Shown here one piece after another: positions 33,073 to 43,100 of a DNA stretch of 64,000 nt. A model generated the notes under the pieces. It searched no databases. It had not been told where the DNA came from and worked only from the letters and a program-made list of their open reading frames with translations. The translations under genes and the position numbers were made by a program. Origin of the DNA: Verrucomicrobiota bacterium (GTDB taxonomy: Bacteria; Verrucomicrobiota; Verrucomicrobiia; Limisphaerales; UBA11358); NCBI GenBank assembly GCA_028872915.1, contig JAGWNY010000014.1:3739-67738 (forward strand), in the 5' to 3' direction. How positions within the stretch are numbered: the first letter of the stretch is position 1; the number at the start of each line of letters is the position of its first letter.

Positions 33073-33879
33073 TCAACGGCGGCGCCGGAACAAGAGAAGA
33101 ATGCCGGCGGCGGCAATAAGCGAAAAGAAGGGCGGTTCCGGGACTGGTTCAGTCATTACTTTGATTTCATCCACGTTGCCGGGGCTACGGGTATAGATGG
33201 CAATCCCGTCGAAGATCGGCGCATTCGTGAGCGTGGCATCGGGCGTGGGCGGGGCGGCGTAGTTGAAGGTGGAGAGGTCTGGATTGACCCACATCATCGT
33301 CGTGTTGTTTTGGTAATCCATGCGACCGATGACGAGATTGAGGCTGGATAAAAGATTGGTGCTGGACGAGGAGCCGTCCACGGCTGGGTTGAGGGCGGAG
33401 TTCAGAATGGAGATGACGCCGGCATAGGTGCCGCCATTGGCGCCGAATCCGCCCGTGACGGTCGTGCCATCCAGGAGGCGGATGTTGGGCGTGCCGCCGC
33501 CGCTGCTCGAACCGAACTGGCACAGGAATTGGAGATAGACGATGCCACCGTCCTGCAGGGGCAGCGACCGGTCGGCTTCACTGATGCCGTTTCCGCCCGA
33601 TGCCCAAACGGCGCTTCCGCCGGTCGTGGACAGGCCCGAATAATTCAGGCCGGTGGCGCTTACGCCAAGGCTCGCGCCGGGTGAATAGGACCATGTCCAC
33701 GCATTGCTCCAGCCGGTGCCGCCATTGTCACCGGCCAGGGCGCCGGCACTGTAATTGAATCCATCATAGGCGACCGTCGTCAATTGGGCGCGCGCGCTCA
33801 TCCACAAAGAGGCGGCTGCGAGAGCCAGCGCTAGGCGGGCCGCATCAAAGGAGCGGGAAACAACTGATTTCATCGGCAT
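33073..33879 (-). CDS. PEP-CTERM sorting-domain secreted protein
   Basis: Signal peptide (LALALAAASLWMSARAQ). Gly/Ser/Thr-rich beta region. C-terminus PVPEPPFFSLIAAAGILLLFRRRR, which is a PEP motif plus TM plus Arg cluster. Confidence 0.85.
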   Translation of the reverse strand: MPMKSVVSRSFDAARLALALAAASLWMSARAQLTTVAYDGFNYSAGALAGDNGGTGWSNAWTWSYSPGASLGVSATGLNYSGLSTTGGSAVWASGGNGISEADRSLPLQDGGIVYLQFLCQFGSSSGGGTPNIRLLDGTTVTGGFGANGGTYAGVISILNSALNPAVDGSSSSTNLLSSLNLVIGRMDYQNNTTMMWVNPDLSTFNYAAPPTPDATLTNAPIFDGIAIYTRSPGNVDEIKVMTEPVPEPPFFSLIAAAGILLLFRRRR

Positions 33880-33898
33880 AAAACCTTCTTCTACTGAT

Positions 33899-33919
33899 TG
33901 TCATTTTTTAAAAATGACA
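33899..33919. promoter_or_regulatory. 21-bp AT-rich perfect palindrome between the adh stop and the PEP-CTERM gene start
   Basis: tgtcattttt-t-aaaaatgaca, with 10-bp perfect arms. Either an operator-type site upstream of 33879 or a weak hairpin downstream of adh. Confidence 0.3.
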
Positions 33920-33995
33920 GCCTGGAAGGAGCAATGGCCGTGCCAGAAAGGCGAATGAAAGAGGCGATTTTCGCGGCGAAATGAAATGACCCGCG

Positions 33996-34979
33996 TCAAG
34001 GGGCCAATACGGCGGCCCCGTGGATTTTGCCGTTGCGGAGGCGGTCCAGGACGGTGTTGGCCTGGCACAATGGGAAGGTCTGGACGCTGGTTTTGACAGG
34101 CACACGCGGAGCCATTTTGAAAAAGTCCATACCGTCCTGGCGCGTGAGATTTGCGACCGAGGAGATGCTTCTCTCTTGCCAGAGCAGATCATAGGAAAAT
34201 TGGGGCACATTGCTCATGTGGATGCCGCCACAGACGACTGTGCCGCCCTTTTCCAGGGCTTTGAGCGCCTGTGGAACGAGCGCGCCGACGGGCGCGAAGA
34301 GAATGGCAGCATCGAGTTTTTCAGGCGGGAGCATTTCCGAATGGCCTGACCAAACGGCGCCCAGTGATATTGCGAACCGTTGCGCCGCGCTGTCGCGGCG
34401 GCGCGTAAAGGCAAAGACTTTTCTTTTCTGGAAAACGGCTACCTGCGTAATGATATGGGCGGCGGCTCCGAAGCCGTAAATGCCAAGTTTCCGGGCATTG
34501 CCGGTTTTAGCGAGCGACCGAAAGCCGATGAGGCCGGCGCAGAGCAGGGGAGCGGCTTCGGCATCGGAATAGATGTTCGGAATCGGAAAGCAGAAACGTT
34601 CATCGGCGGCCACGAATTCCGCGTAGCCGCCGTTGCGCGTGTAGCCGGTGAATTCGGCCTTATCGCAGAGGTTTTCGCGGCCGCCGCGGCAAAAGGGGCA
34701 CGTGCCGCAGGTGCGACCGAGCCAGGGGACGCCGACGCGGCTGCCCAGTTTGAAGCGACGGGCGCCTCTTCCTCCGGCGACCACGCGGCCGACGATTTCG
34801 TGTCCAGGCACCAGCGGCAGCTTGGGCCGCGGCAGTTCGCCATCCACGATGTGCAGGTCCGTGCGACAGACGGCGCAGGCGCCGACATGAATCAAGATCT
34901 CGTTTGCGGCGGGGCGGGGCGCTGGAATTTCGAGGGCACGGAGGGGCGTGTTCGGTTGTACAAGGACCATGGCGCGCAT
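33996..34979 (-). CDS. zinc-dependent alcohol dehydrogenase family protein
   Basis: MRAMVL...GACAVCRTDLHIVDGE...PGHEIVGRV and the structural zinc cluster CGTCPFCRGGRENLC. The ATG at 34979 was verified. The track extension covers a repeat element. Confidence 0.85.
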   Translation of the reverse strand: MRAMVLVQPNTPLRALEIPAPRPAANEILIHVGACAVCRTDLHIVDGELPRPKLPLVPGHEIVGRVVAGGRGARRFKLGSRVGVPWLGRTCGTCPFCRGGRENLCDKAEFTGYTRNGGYAEFVAADERFCFPIPNIYSDAEAAPLLCAGLIGFRSLAKTGNARKLGIYGFGAAAHIITQVAVFQKRKVFAFTRRRDSAAQRFAISLGAVWSGHSEMLPPEKLDAAILFAPVGALVPQALKALEKGGTVVCGGIHMSNVPQFSYDLLWQERSISSVANLTRQDGMDFFKMAPRVPVKTSVQTFPLCQANTVLDRLRNGKIHGAAVLAP

Positions 34980-35122
34980 ATCCGAATCATAGGCGAGAAA
35001 GGCAAAAGTCAAACCGCGAATGGAGGCAAATTTCACCACGGAGGCACGGAGAGCACAGAGGAATTCATTTTCAGCCACGGATTCGATTTTCACATTCGAT
35101 GGCGAGCCGCTATTCTATTCGG

Positions 35123-36886
35123 ATGAATTTATTGCCATTCGGCACATTGCCGGCATACAAACCACGGCACTTTGTTCCGGACGCCGTTGACCTGGGGGAT
35201 TGGGCGCAAATCGCCCCGCTGTTCGATGAATTGGAACGGCGGGCCACGCAGGCGGCGACGGCCGGGGATCTGGAAACCTGGCTCCGGGATTGGAGCGAAC
35301 TTTCCGCGGCGCTCGACGAGGAATCGTCCCGCCGCTATATCGCGATGACCTGCCACACGGACAACCCCGACGCGGAAAACGCCTACCTGCATTTCCTGGA
35401 AAACGTTGAACCGCATCTCAAGACCCGCCAGTTCGCGCTGGAAAAAATCCACGTGACCCATCCCGCCCGCGCCGCCCTTGCTCCTGAACGTTATCATATT
35501 CTTGATCGGGACGCGAGAAATCGCGTCGAACTTTTCCGCCCGGAAAATGTTCCGCTGGAAACCGAGGAATCCAGGCTCTGCCAGCAATATCAAAAATTGA
35601 GCGGCGCGCTTACCGTGACATTCCAGGGACGCGAGCAAACGCTTGTCCAGATGGGCCGGTACCTGGAAGAACCGGATCGGCCGCTGCGCCGGGAGGCATG
35701 GGAATTGGTCGCGGCGCGGCGCCTGCGCGAAGCCGAAAAATTCGATGACATTTTCGACCAGCAACTCAAGCTCCGGGCCAGAATCGCCCAAAACGCCGGC
35801 TTTGCGAACTATCGGGACCATGCGTTTCGCCGCATGGGCCGTTTTGATTACACGCCGGGCGATTGCGAGCGGTTCCATGAAGCCGTGGAAGGGGAGATCA
35901 TGCCCATTGTGCGCGAGCTTCACGCCGAACGCCGCCGGCAGTTGAACCTCGAATCCCTCCGGCCGTGGGACCTGGCCGTGGACCCGCTGGACCGCCCTCC
36001 ACTCAAACCGTTTTCAGACGCAAGCCAGATACTTACCCGCACGCAGCGCGTTTTTGATCGCCTGGATAAGGAACTGGCCCGCGAATTTCAGGCCATGCAG
36101 GATCTCAAGCTGCTGGATTTGGATAATCGCAAGGGCAAGGCCCCTGGCGGTTACCAATGCACGCTGGCGGAAGCGCGCCTGCCGTTTATTTTCATGAACG
36201 CGGTCGGTCTCCAGCGCGATGTCGAAACGATTCTGCATGAAGCCGGCCACGCGTTTCACGCGATGGCGGTTCGCGACGAAGATCTTTACGCCTACCGCAC
36301 GGCGCCGATTGAATTCTGCGAGGTGGCTTCGATGAGCATGGAACTGCTGGGAAAGGAATTTTGGAATGAATACTACCCGTCCAACGGTGACGGGGAGGAC
36401 GCCAACCGCGCGAGGCGCGTTCACCTGGAAGGCGTGGTGGGGGTTTTTCCGTGGATTGCGACCGTGGACGCGTTTCAGCATTGGCTTTACACGCATCCGG
36501 GCCACAGCCGCCAGGACCGGTGCGATGCATGGACGGCCCTGATGAACCGCTTCGGCGGCGAGGTGGATTGGAGCGGATTGGAGAATATCCGCGCCCATCT
36601 CTGGCACCGGCAGCTTCACATCTTCATCCATCCCTTTTATTACATCGAATACGGCATCGCCCAGATTGGCGCGTTGCAAGTCTGGGCGAATGCGAAGCGT
36701 GACAAGACAAAATCCCTCGCGGATTACAAGGGGTCCCTGGCTCTTGGGGGATCACGTTCGCTGCCCGAACTGTTCAAGGCGGCGGGCTGTGCGTTCGAAT
36801 TCAGCGCGCAAACGATCCGACCGCTGGCCCGGCTACTGCGCGACGAACTGGCAAAGGCAAAGGCAGAGACGCGCGGCGTGAAATGA
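35123..36886 (+). CDS. pepF: M3-family oligoendopeptidase (PepF-like)
   Basis: HEAGHAFH zinc motif with a downstream E (EVASMSME). Length and N-terminal helical domain are typical of PepF. ATG at 35123. Confidence 0.8.
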   Translation: MNLLPFGTLPAYKPRHFVPDAVDLGDWAQIAPLFDELERRATQAATAGDLETWLRDWSELSAALDEESSRRYIAMTCHTDNPDAENAYLHFLENVEPHLKTRQFALEKIHVTHPARAALAPERYHILDRDARNRVELFRPENVPLETEESRLCQQYQKLSGALTVTFQGREQTLVQMGRYLEEPDRPLRREAWELVAARRLREAEKFDDIFDQQLKLRARIAQNAGFANYRDHAFRRMGRFDYTPGDCERFHEAVEGEIMPIVRELHAERRRQLNLESLRPWDLAVDPLDRPPLKPFSDASQILTRTQRVFDRLDKELAREFQAMQDLKLLDLDNRKGKAPGGYQCTLAEARLPFIFMNAVGLQRDVETILHEAGHAFHAMAVRDEDLYAYRTAPIEFCEVASMSMELLGKEFWNEYYPSNGDGEDANRARRVHLEGVVGVFPWIATVDAFQHWLYTHPGHSRQDRCDAWTALMNRFGGEVDWSGLENIRAHLWHRQLHIFIHPFYYIEYGIAQIGALQVWANAKRDKTKSLADYKGSLALGGSRSLPELFKAAGCAFEFSAQTIRPLARLLRDELAKAKAETRGVK

Positions 36887-36999
36887 ACCGCGTCAGTTTC
36901 CACTCTCTGCGCCACAACACCACCAGCGCATTGAAATCGTCCGGCTGTTTCATCTCGCCAGCATTCTCGCGTTCATTGAACGATGCGAGGCGGATGCTT

Positions 37000-37425
37000 T
37001 TACGGCAGGAACAAATCGGCGGACACGCTGAAATGTTTCGCGAGCGCGCGAACATGTGCCAGCGTTAACTGCCGTTCGCCGCGCAAAATCATCGCGCCCA
37101 GCGTCCGGTGAACGCCCAGCAACCGCGCCAAATCCGCCGCGCTCATGTCATGGGCTTCCAAAAGGTGTTGTAACGCTTCCAAGGCGGTCACTTTCGGCGC
37201 GGGCAAGCCTTGTTCTTTTTCGTAATCTTCAATCAGACGGCAAAGCAGGTCGAAATAATCTTCTTGGTCTGCCGTCAGCTTGTGTCCGGCCATTGCGTCG
37301 GTGATTTCCGTCACGTTCTCAAATTCCGCCTTGTCGTGAATTGGGCGCGGCGTTAGCAGGCGGCACAGCCCGGCGTAATCTTTGGGCAGCCCGGCAAACT
37401 CAATTTTCTCGTGCGTCGTTTTCAT
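37000..37425 (-). CDS. higA: HigA-family antitoxin (HTH, COG5499-type)
   Basis: C-terminal HTH MSAADLARLLGVHRTLGAMILRGERQLTLAHVRALAKHF. Immediately downstream of higB. Confidence 0.7.
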   Translation of the reverse strand: MKTTHEKIEFAGLPKDYAGLCRLLTPRPIHDKAEFENVTEITDAMAGHKLTADQEDYFDLLCRLIEDYEKEQGLPAPKVTALEALQHLLEAHDMSAADLARLLGVHRTLGAMILRGERQLTLAHVRALAKHFSVSADLFLP

Positions 37426-37730
37426 AATGTCTCTTTCCATCGCTCTTTGCTGTATTCGGCGTGCGTCATAAAGCGCAGCGTATAGACGATTTGGCGGTTG
37501 AAATGCGCCGCCGCAATCAGCCGGTAATCATTCCGACGGATGTTGAAAATCAACACTGTCCGCCCACCGCGGACTTTCGTGCTATCCGTGTGCGGGCAAC
37601 TCCGCCGCACATCCACCAGGTTGCGCCAGTTGGCCTGCTTGACCGCCTTGCGCCAAGCGTCCAAGTGGCGTGCTGCCGGAGGATGTTTCCGCCCTGCCGC
37701 CAGGAGAAACGCTTCTTTAATGACGCGCAC
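37422..37730 (-). CDS. higB: HigB-family mRNA interferase toxin
   Basis: MRVIKEAFLLAA...HPPAARHLDAWRKAVKQANWRNLVDVR...VLIFNIRRNDYRLIAAAHFNRQIVYTLRFMTHAEY matches the HigB (PF09907-type) pattern. Confidence 0.75.
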   Translation of the reverse strand: MRVIKEAFLLAAGRKHPPAARHLDAWRKAVKQANWRNLVDVRRSCPHTDSTKVRGGRTVLIFNIRRNDYRLIAAAHFNRQIVYTLRFMTHAEYSKERWKETL

Positions 37731-37870
37731 TGAGACAATTTGTATTCATTTGCCCGCTATGTCAAATACGATTAACACCGGCAGACACGTTGGCCCAAAG
37801 CGTTACCCTGAACCCATTGCAGCGACATGGAAACTCCCAATACTATTGATTTTATTGATGTTTTAGCGAT

Positions 37871-37958
37871 TGGTGCCGGTGGCGGGACTCGAACCCGCAC
37901 GACGTTTTACCGTCCCAGGATTTTAAGTCCTGTGCGTCTGCCATTTCGCCACACCGGC
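37871..37958 (-). tRNA. tRNA-Leu (anticodon UAA), CCA encoded
   Basis: Minus-strand read: gccggtg tg gcg aaatggcaga cgc a cagga ctTAAaa tcctg, long variable arm ggacggtaaaacgtcgt, gcggg ttcgagt cccgc caccggc a cca. All stems pair. Confidence 0.9.
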
Positions 37959-38068
37959 ATCTCTCCCCACCTTCGCCGATTAAAAATCCAAACCCTCCCC
38001 AACGCGAGACATTTCCAAAATCCTCCGCTCATGCGCTGGCCGTTGGAGCCAATCCGTCCTTCCCCCTT

Positions 38069-38737
38069 TCACTTGCGATATTCACCCTGTTCCAGACGCG
38101 CAATTGCCGTCATGATTTCGCCGGCGATTTCCCTGTAAATCTCCCTGAGCCGCGCCTTGTCGCACGTTGCCGCCCGCGCCCGCAATTTTTCAAACCGCAT
38201 GGGCTCGCCGTAAACCACGGCCACCTGCCTGGGCCTGGGGACCTTGTGTTGCCGTCCGAAGGCTTCGAAGGTTCCAAAAACCCGCACGGGCACGACGGGC
38301 GCCTCGGATTTGGCCACAACGAATCCAATGCCCGCTTCGGGCGACTGGAGCCGGCCGTCATGTGACCGCGTGCCTTCCGGAAACAGAACAATGCCGCCGC
38401 CAGCCCGGAGGCGCTCCAAAATTACTTTCATTCCCTGCGAGCCGCCGCCGTCGCGGTCCAGCGGAACGGCCTTCCATTTGCGCAGCAGTGGACCAATGAG
38501 CGGGAAGCGGAAGAGGCTCCGCCGCGCGAGATAATGGATGGGTCGCGTCAAGCCGGCGCCCACGAGGGGCGGGTCCAGGTAGCTGGCGTGATTGGCCGCC
38601 AGAATGACCGGCCCGGTTTGGGGAACGTTTCCGGTCCCATACACGCGCCAGCGAAAGAACGTGGCAAACGCCGCCCGAAAAGAAAGCCAGCCGAGCCAGT
38701 AAAGAAAATTCATGGCGTGTTTCGGCTCATCGGGCAC
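38069..38737 (-). CDS. plsC: 1-acyl-sn-glycerol-3-phosphate acyltransferase
   Basis: HX4D motif (ANHASYLDPP) and the FPEGTRS block. Confidence 0.8.
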   Translation of the reverse strand: MPDEPKHAMNFLYWLGWLSFRAAFATFFRWRVYGTGNVPQTGPVILAANHASYLDPPLVGAGLTRPIHYLARRSLFRFPLIGPLLRKWKAVPLDRDGGGSQGMKVILERLRAGGGIVLFPEGTRSHDGRLQSPEAGIGFVVAKSEAPVVPVRVFGTFEAFGRQHKVPRPRQVAVVYGEPMRFEKLRARAATCDKARLREIYREIAGEIMTAIARLEQGEYRK

Positions 38738-39383
38738 GCCGCGATTGGATTTCCTTGAGAATCAAACCACTTGTTTGCTCCGAACTGAGGTGCGAATTAT
38801 TAATGACCATGGCGCCCAGCGGAATCATGAGCGGCGCCACGGCGCGCTGGCTGTCGCGCTGATCGCGCGCGGCAAGGTTTTCCTGGATGCCATCCGCCGC
38901 CCGGCGCCGGGACCGTTCCTCGAGTTGTGCATCGAGGTAGAACTTGAATTCCGTTTCGGGAAAGACGTTCGTGCCAATGTCACGGCCTTCCATGACGAGA
39001 TTGCCGAATTGGGCGCATTCGCGCTGGCGCTTGACCATCCATTGGCGCACTTGTGGCACGGCAGCCACGTGCGGGACGGCGGCGCTGGTTTCGGCGGTGC
39101 GAATTTCCCTTTCCGGATAATAGCCGTTGACCAGCAGATGGACGGTGCGGAGGCCGTTTTGTTCGTCGCATCGCAATCGCGTCTTCCATCGGCGAGAGGC
39201 GGTGGTGACCGCCTTGGGGTCGTGGGTGTCAATTCGTTGTTTGAGGCAATGCCAGGCGAGGGTGCGGTACATGGCGCCGGTATCCACGTAAATATATCCG
39301 AGCGAGCGGGCCACCAGTTTGGCGTTCGTGCTCTTGCCGCTCGCGCTGGTGCCGTCAATGGCGATAATGATGGGAGGTTTCAA
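38727..39383 (-). CDS. cmk: cytidylate kinase
   Basis: IIIAIDGTSASGKSTNAKLVARSLGYIYVDTGAMYR... and GRDIGTNVFP. Confidence 0.85.
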   Translation of the reverse strand: MKPPIIIAIDGTSASGKSTNAKLVARSLGYIYVDTGAMYRTLAWHCLKQRIDTHDPKAVTTASRRWKTRLRCDEQNGLRTVHLLVNGYYPEREIRTAETSAAVPHVAAVPQVRQWMVKRQRECAQFGNLVMEGRDIGTNVFPETEFKFYLDAQLEERSRRRAADGIQENLAARDQRDSQRAVAPLMIPLGAMVINNSHLSSEQTSGLILKEIQSRRAR

Positions 39384-40699
39384 TGGGCAAAAAGTTCTTC
39401 CAACCGCAATGGACGGCCGGTGTCAGCTTCCAGGATGGAAACGCCCAAGCCGGTTGGCGGCGCGGCAGCGAGTTTCTGGAAAAAATTCGGGAATGTCTTT
39501 TTGACGCAGGCCGGGTTTTTGATTTTGATGCCGGGAATTTTCAATCCGAGAATCGCAAAGCACATGGCCATGCGATGGTCGTTGTAGGTTTCAATTTCCG
39601 AGCCATGAAGTTGTGACGGATGAATGGTCAGCGTGTCGCCTTTTTCCACGATTTTTGCCCCGCATTTGCGCAGTTCCGTGCGCAGGGCAAGCACCCGATC
39701 GCATTCCTGAACTCGCAGCCGGTCCAAATCGGTAAAATGGATTTTTTCGCGTTTTCCATGCGCTCGCGGGCCTCGTTCGGTCCTCTCATCGGCGGCCAGG
39801 ACGATGGCCGTCATAATGCTGTCGCCAAGCTGTCCGTTGCGCGAAATGCTTTCTGGAAGAGGCAGAAAGGCTGGAAAGGCGGCATCAATCTGCCAGCCGG
39901 ACTTCGGCCAGTTCCTGACCGTGATTTTGCCAAAGCCATCGGATGTCGCGGCAAAAAGCCAGTCCGCCGCCCGGAAATAGCTTCCGCTCGAAGCATCCGG
40001 CTCGATCTGAAACGTTCCTCCGTGATATGGAAAAGCTTCAGTCATTTTTGAAGTCATCGCCACATAAGGCGATTCTTCGGCATTTTCACCCGTCACCTGA
40101 ACTTCCCATCCTCCCGCCTTCCTGCACAGCAACAGGGCGGAGGCAAATTGAGAACTTTCTTGGATGCTGGCGCTGCATTTTCCCGATTTGGGTCCTTGGC
40201 CGAAAATCCTTGCCGGCAGCCGGTCATCGCGCCTTTCCGGCTCAATGCGATAACCCAACTGCCGCAGGGCGTGGAATAGTTCCGCCTGCGGACGCTCGTG
40301 CATTCTGGGCACGCCACTGAGGCGATAAACGCCACCGCCCAGGCAGAGCAACGCCGATAAGAACCGGGCCGCGGTGCCGGCATTGCCCACGTGCAGATCG
40401 AGCGGGGCATGGTCCGTGCCGCCGTTTGGAATTTTTCCGGCAAGGCCTTTGATGGTGATGATGCGATTGCAAAATTCGCCCGGGTCAGGGCGGACATGGA
40501 TTTCAAAGCCCAGCTCTTGCAGGCAATTGGCCATGATTTGCGTGTCCTCGCTCCACAAGGCTCCGGCGAGGGTGACTTCGCCCTGGGCGAGGGCGGCGAG
40601 AATCAATGCCCGGTTCGTAATGCTCTTGGAGCCGGGAGCGGAAATCTCCGCGCGCACGGGGCCGGTCGCTGAAACGATTTCAATGAGATCGGGCAGCAT
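39380..40699 (-). CDS. aroA: 3-phosphoshikimate 1-carboxyvinyltransferase
   Basis: PGSKSITNRALILAALAQGEVTL, GNAGTAARFL and DHRMAMCFAILGL. The ATG at 40699 lies just after the tyrA stop. Confidence 0.9.
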   Translation of the reverse strand: MLPDLIEIVSATGPVRAEISAPGSKSITNRALILAALAQGEVTLAGALWSEDTQIMANCLQELGFEIHVRPDPGEFCNRIITIKGLAGKIPNGGTDHAPLDLHVGNAGTAARFLSALLCLGGGVYRLSGVPRMHERPQAELFHALRQLGYRIEPERRDDRLPARIFGQGPKSGKCSASIQESSQFASALLLCRKAGGWEVQVTGENAEESPYVAMTSKMTEAFPYHGGTFQIEPDASSGSYFRAADWLFAATSDGFGKITVRNWPKSGWQIDAAFPAFLPLPESISRNGQLGDSIMTAIVLAADERTERGPRAHGKREKIHFTDLDRLRVQECDRVLALRTELRKCGAKIVEKGDTLTIHPSQLHGSEIETYNDHRMAMCFAILGLKIPGIKIKNPACVKKTFPNFFQKLAAAPPTGLGVSILEADTGRPLRLEELFAH

Positions 40700-40700
40700 G

Positions 40701-41630
40701 TCAGTCTGGGTTGGCTGACTCTGAACAGCCCCGGCGGCTGTTGATGAACCGGTCCCGCCGCGACTTGGCCGTTTCAAAAAATTCGGCAATGGCCGGGGCA
40801 TCGGCCTTCTTGAGCATCGTTCGAAATTTTTCCAATTCCGCGATCAGCGCAGCCGCCGCGTACGCCAGATTTTTTCGATTGGCCAGGGCGATGTCCCGCC
40901 ACATTTCCGAAGAACCCGACGCAATTCGCGTGGTGTCCCGAAATCCGTTGCCGCAAAGCAGTTGTATCTCCGGCTGTTTCGAATTCAGGACGACGTTTGC
41001 CAGGGCCGCGGCCGCCAGATGCGGCAAATGGCTGGACCGGCTGACGAACAAATCATGGCGGGCCGGGGACATTTTCAGAACCCGCGAGCCGAGCGATTTC
41101 CAAAATTCCGCGGTTTTTTTCAGGGCGGCGGCATTGGTCCGGCTCGTCGGCGTCAACGCGCAAACCGCATTTTCAAACAAATCCTCCCGCGCCGCGGCGA
41201 TGCCGGTCTTTTCGCCGCCGGCCATCGGATGACTTCCGACAAAATGCGCTCCGGCGCGGGCCAGAAGCGGCTCCAATTCCTTCACCACCGGCGCCTTGAC
41301 GCTGCCGACGTCTGTGACGATGGCTCCGGGCTTGAGCGCGCCGGCGAATTGTTGGGCAATCGGCCGCATTCGGCCCGGGGGCGTGCAAAAAATCACCAGG
41401 TCCGCGTTTGAAACGGCGGCCGCCAAATCCATGGTGGCAAAGTCCGTGGCGCCGGATTTTTCGCACTCGGCAATGGAGGCCTTGCGGCGTACGAACCCGG
41501 CAATTTCACCGGCCATACGCCGTCGCCGGACGGCGAGTCCGAGGGAGCCGCCCAAAAGGCCGACGCCGATAATGGTAATTTTTTGAAATGCCACGGGCAA
41601 AGGATAACGAATTTGCCCTCCAAAATGCAA
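40701..41630 (-). CDS. tyrA: prephenate dehydrogenase
   Basis: ITIIGVGLLGGSLGLAV Rossmann start and the GSHPMAG block. Confidence 0.8.
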   Translation of the reverse strand: MHFGGQIRYPLPVAFQKITIIGVGLLGGSLGLAVRRRRMAGEIAGFVRRKASIAECEKSGATDFATMDLAAAVSNADLVIFCTPPGRMRPIAQQFAGALKPGAIVTDVGSVKAPVVKELEPLLARAGAHFVGSHPMAGGEKTGIAAAREDLFENAVCALTPTSRTNAAALKKTAEFWKSLGSRVLKMSPARHDLFVSRSSHLPHLAAAALANVVLNSKQPEIQLLCGNGFRDTTRIASGSSEMWRDIALANRKNLAYAAAALIAELEKFRTMLKKADAPAIAEFFETAKSRRDRFINSRRGCSESANPD

Positions 41631-41660
41631 ACCGGCGGCAAACCAGCAGCCAAACGATGG

Positions 41661-43022
41661 CTAAAACCGTTCGAGGGCCCGGCCCATCCGCTGCAACGAT
41701 TTTTCCTTTCCCAAAACTTCCAGCGAATGATACAAGCTCGGCCCGGCCACATTGCCGGTGACGGCCAATCGGCACGGATGGACCAAAACGCCCGCTTTGA
41801 CGCCCAGTGCCGCAGCCGTTGACTTCAAAGCGGTTTCCAAACTCGCGGCGTCAAATTTGTCGAGCTTTCCAAAAGCGTCCCGCAGCGCCTGTACCCGCGG
41901 TTTGTTCTCGGGCACAAAGTCTTTTTTTGCGGCTTCTGGATTATAATCCTGGACGTCCCGAAAATAGAAGCCGGCATAGGCCGGGAGTTCGCCGAAGGTC
42001 TTGAATTTGCCCTTGCAAGTGTCCAGGGCGGCTTTGACGTAGGGCAGGGGATATGAATTCGTGTCCAGGCCCGCCCTGGCAAAGGCATGGACGGCCAGTT
42101 CATAAAAACGGTCATCGTTGAGTTCGCGGGCGTATTCTCCCTGCAACCAGAGGAGTTTCTCGTAATCGAAGCGGGCGTTGTGGCGGAGGATTTGGGGCAC
42201 ATCGAATCGTTCGGTGATTTCTTCGATGGACAGCTTTTCCCGGTTGTCCTTTGGCGACCAGCCCAGCAGGCAAAGATAATTTGCGACGGCCTCGGCCAGG
42301 AATCCTTGCTCCATGTACGCGGCGAGCGACGCGCCCTTGTCCCGCTTGCTCATTTTGGAACCGTCGGCGTTGAGGATGAGCGGAATGTGGGCGTAATGGG
42401 GCGGCGGGACGCCAAAGGCCCGAAACAAGGCAACGTGCCGGGCGGTATTGCTCAAATGATCTTCGCCGCGAATGACGTGGGTGACGCCCATGTCGAGGTC
42501 ATCCACGACGTTGACGAGGTGAAAGACCGGCTGGCCATCGGAACGCATGATGACGAAGTCGGGGTCGGCGGCCTCGCGGTCGGTGAGCTTGCGGATGACC
42601 TGGCCGGCGACGAGGTCGTTGATGGCGATTGGTTCGCGCTGCATTTTAAACTTGACGGCACCCGCATGTTCATAGGCCAGGCCGCGTGACAGGAGCGCCT
42701 CGACCCGGTTTCGATAATTGGCGTGGCGTTGCGATTGGAAATAAGGGCCGAAATCCCCCTGGCTTGGCCCGGTGGCGTCGGCCGTCAGCGGGCCTTCATC
42801 CCAGTCCAGGCCGAGCCAGCGGAGGCCGTCGAGAATGAGCTTCACTGCCTCCTGGGAATTGCGCGCCGTGTCCGTGTCTTCAATTCGCAGGATAAACGCG
42901 CCGCCCGTGTGGCGGGCATAGAGCCAATTGAACAACGCGGTGCGCGCGCCGCCAATGTGCAGGTGGCCGGTAGGGGAGGGGGCAAAGCGAACGCGGGGCT
43001 TCATGGCTGACGGGTGGGTCAA
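41661..43022 (-). CDS. gltX: glutamate--tRNA ligase
   Basis: RFAPSPTGHLHIGGARTALFNWLYA (HIGH) and KMSKR. An alternative start at 43004 is possible. Confidence 0.9.
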   Translation of the reverse strand: MTHPSAMKPRVRFAPSPTGHLHIGGARTALFNWLYARHTGGAFILRIEDTDTARNSQEAVKLILDGLRWLGLDWDEGPLTADATGPSQGDFGPYFQSQRHANYRNRVEALLSRGLAYEHAGAVKFKMQREPIAINDLVAGQVIRKLTDREAADPDFVIMRSDGQPVFHLVNVVDDLDMGVTHVIRGEDHLSNTARHVALFRAFGVPPPHYAHIPLILNADGSKMSKRDKGASLAAYMEQGFLAEAVANYLCLLGWSPKDNREKLSIEEITERFDVPQILRHNARFDYEKLLWLQGEYARELNDDRFYELAVHAFARAGLDTNSYPLPYVKAALDTCKGKFKTFGELPAYAGFYFRDVQDYNPEAAKKDFVPENKPRVQALRDAFGKLDKFDAASLETALKSTAAALGVKAGVLVHPCRLAVTGNVAGPSLYHSLEVLGKEKSLQRMGRALERF

Positions 43023-43050
43023 TGCTCCGTTGCAGGGCCTGGGGGGTAAT

Positions 43051-43090
43051 AAAAAAAGGCGCTCCGGGAGATCGGAGCGCCGTCAAAAAA
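43051..43090 (-). terminator. rho-independent terminator of hup
   Basis: On the minus strand, ggcgctccg-atctcc-cggagcgcc is followed by ttttttt. It lies about 10 nt after the hup stop. Confidence 0.8.
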
Positions 43091-43100
43091 TCGGAAACAA

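Noticed and set aside
38712-39587. 291-aa plus-strand ORF
   Set aside because: It is antisense to cmk and the aroA 3' end, so this is a shadow ORF.
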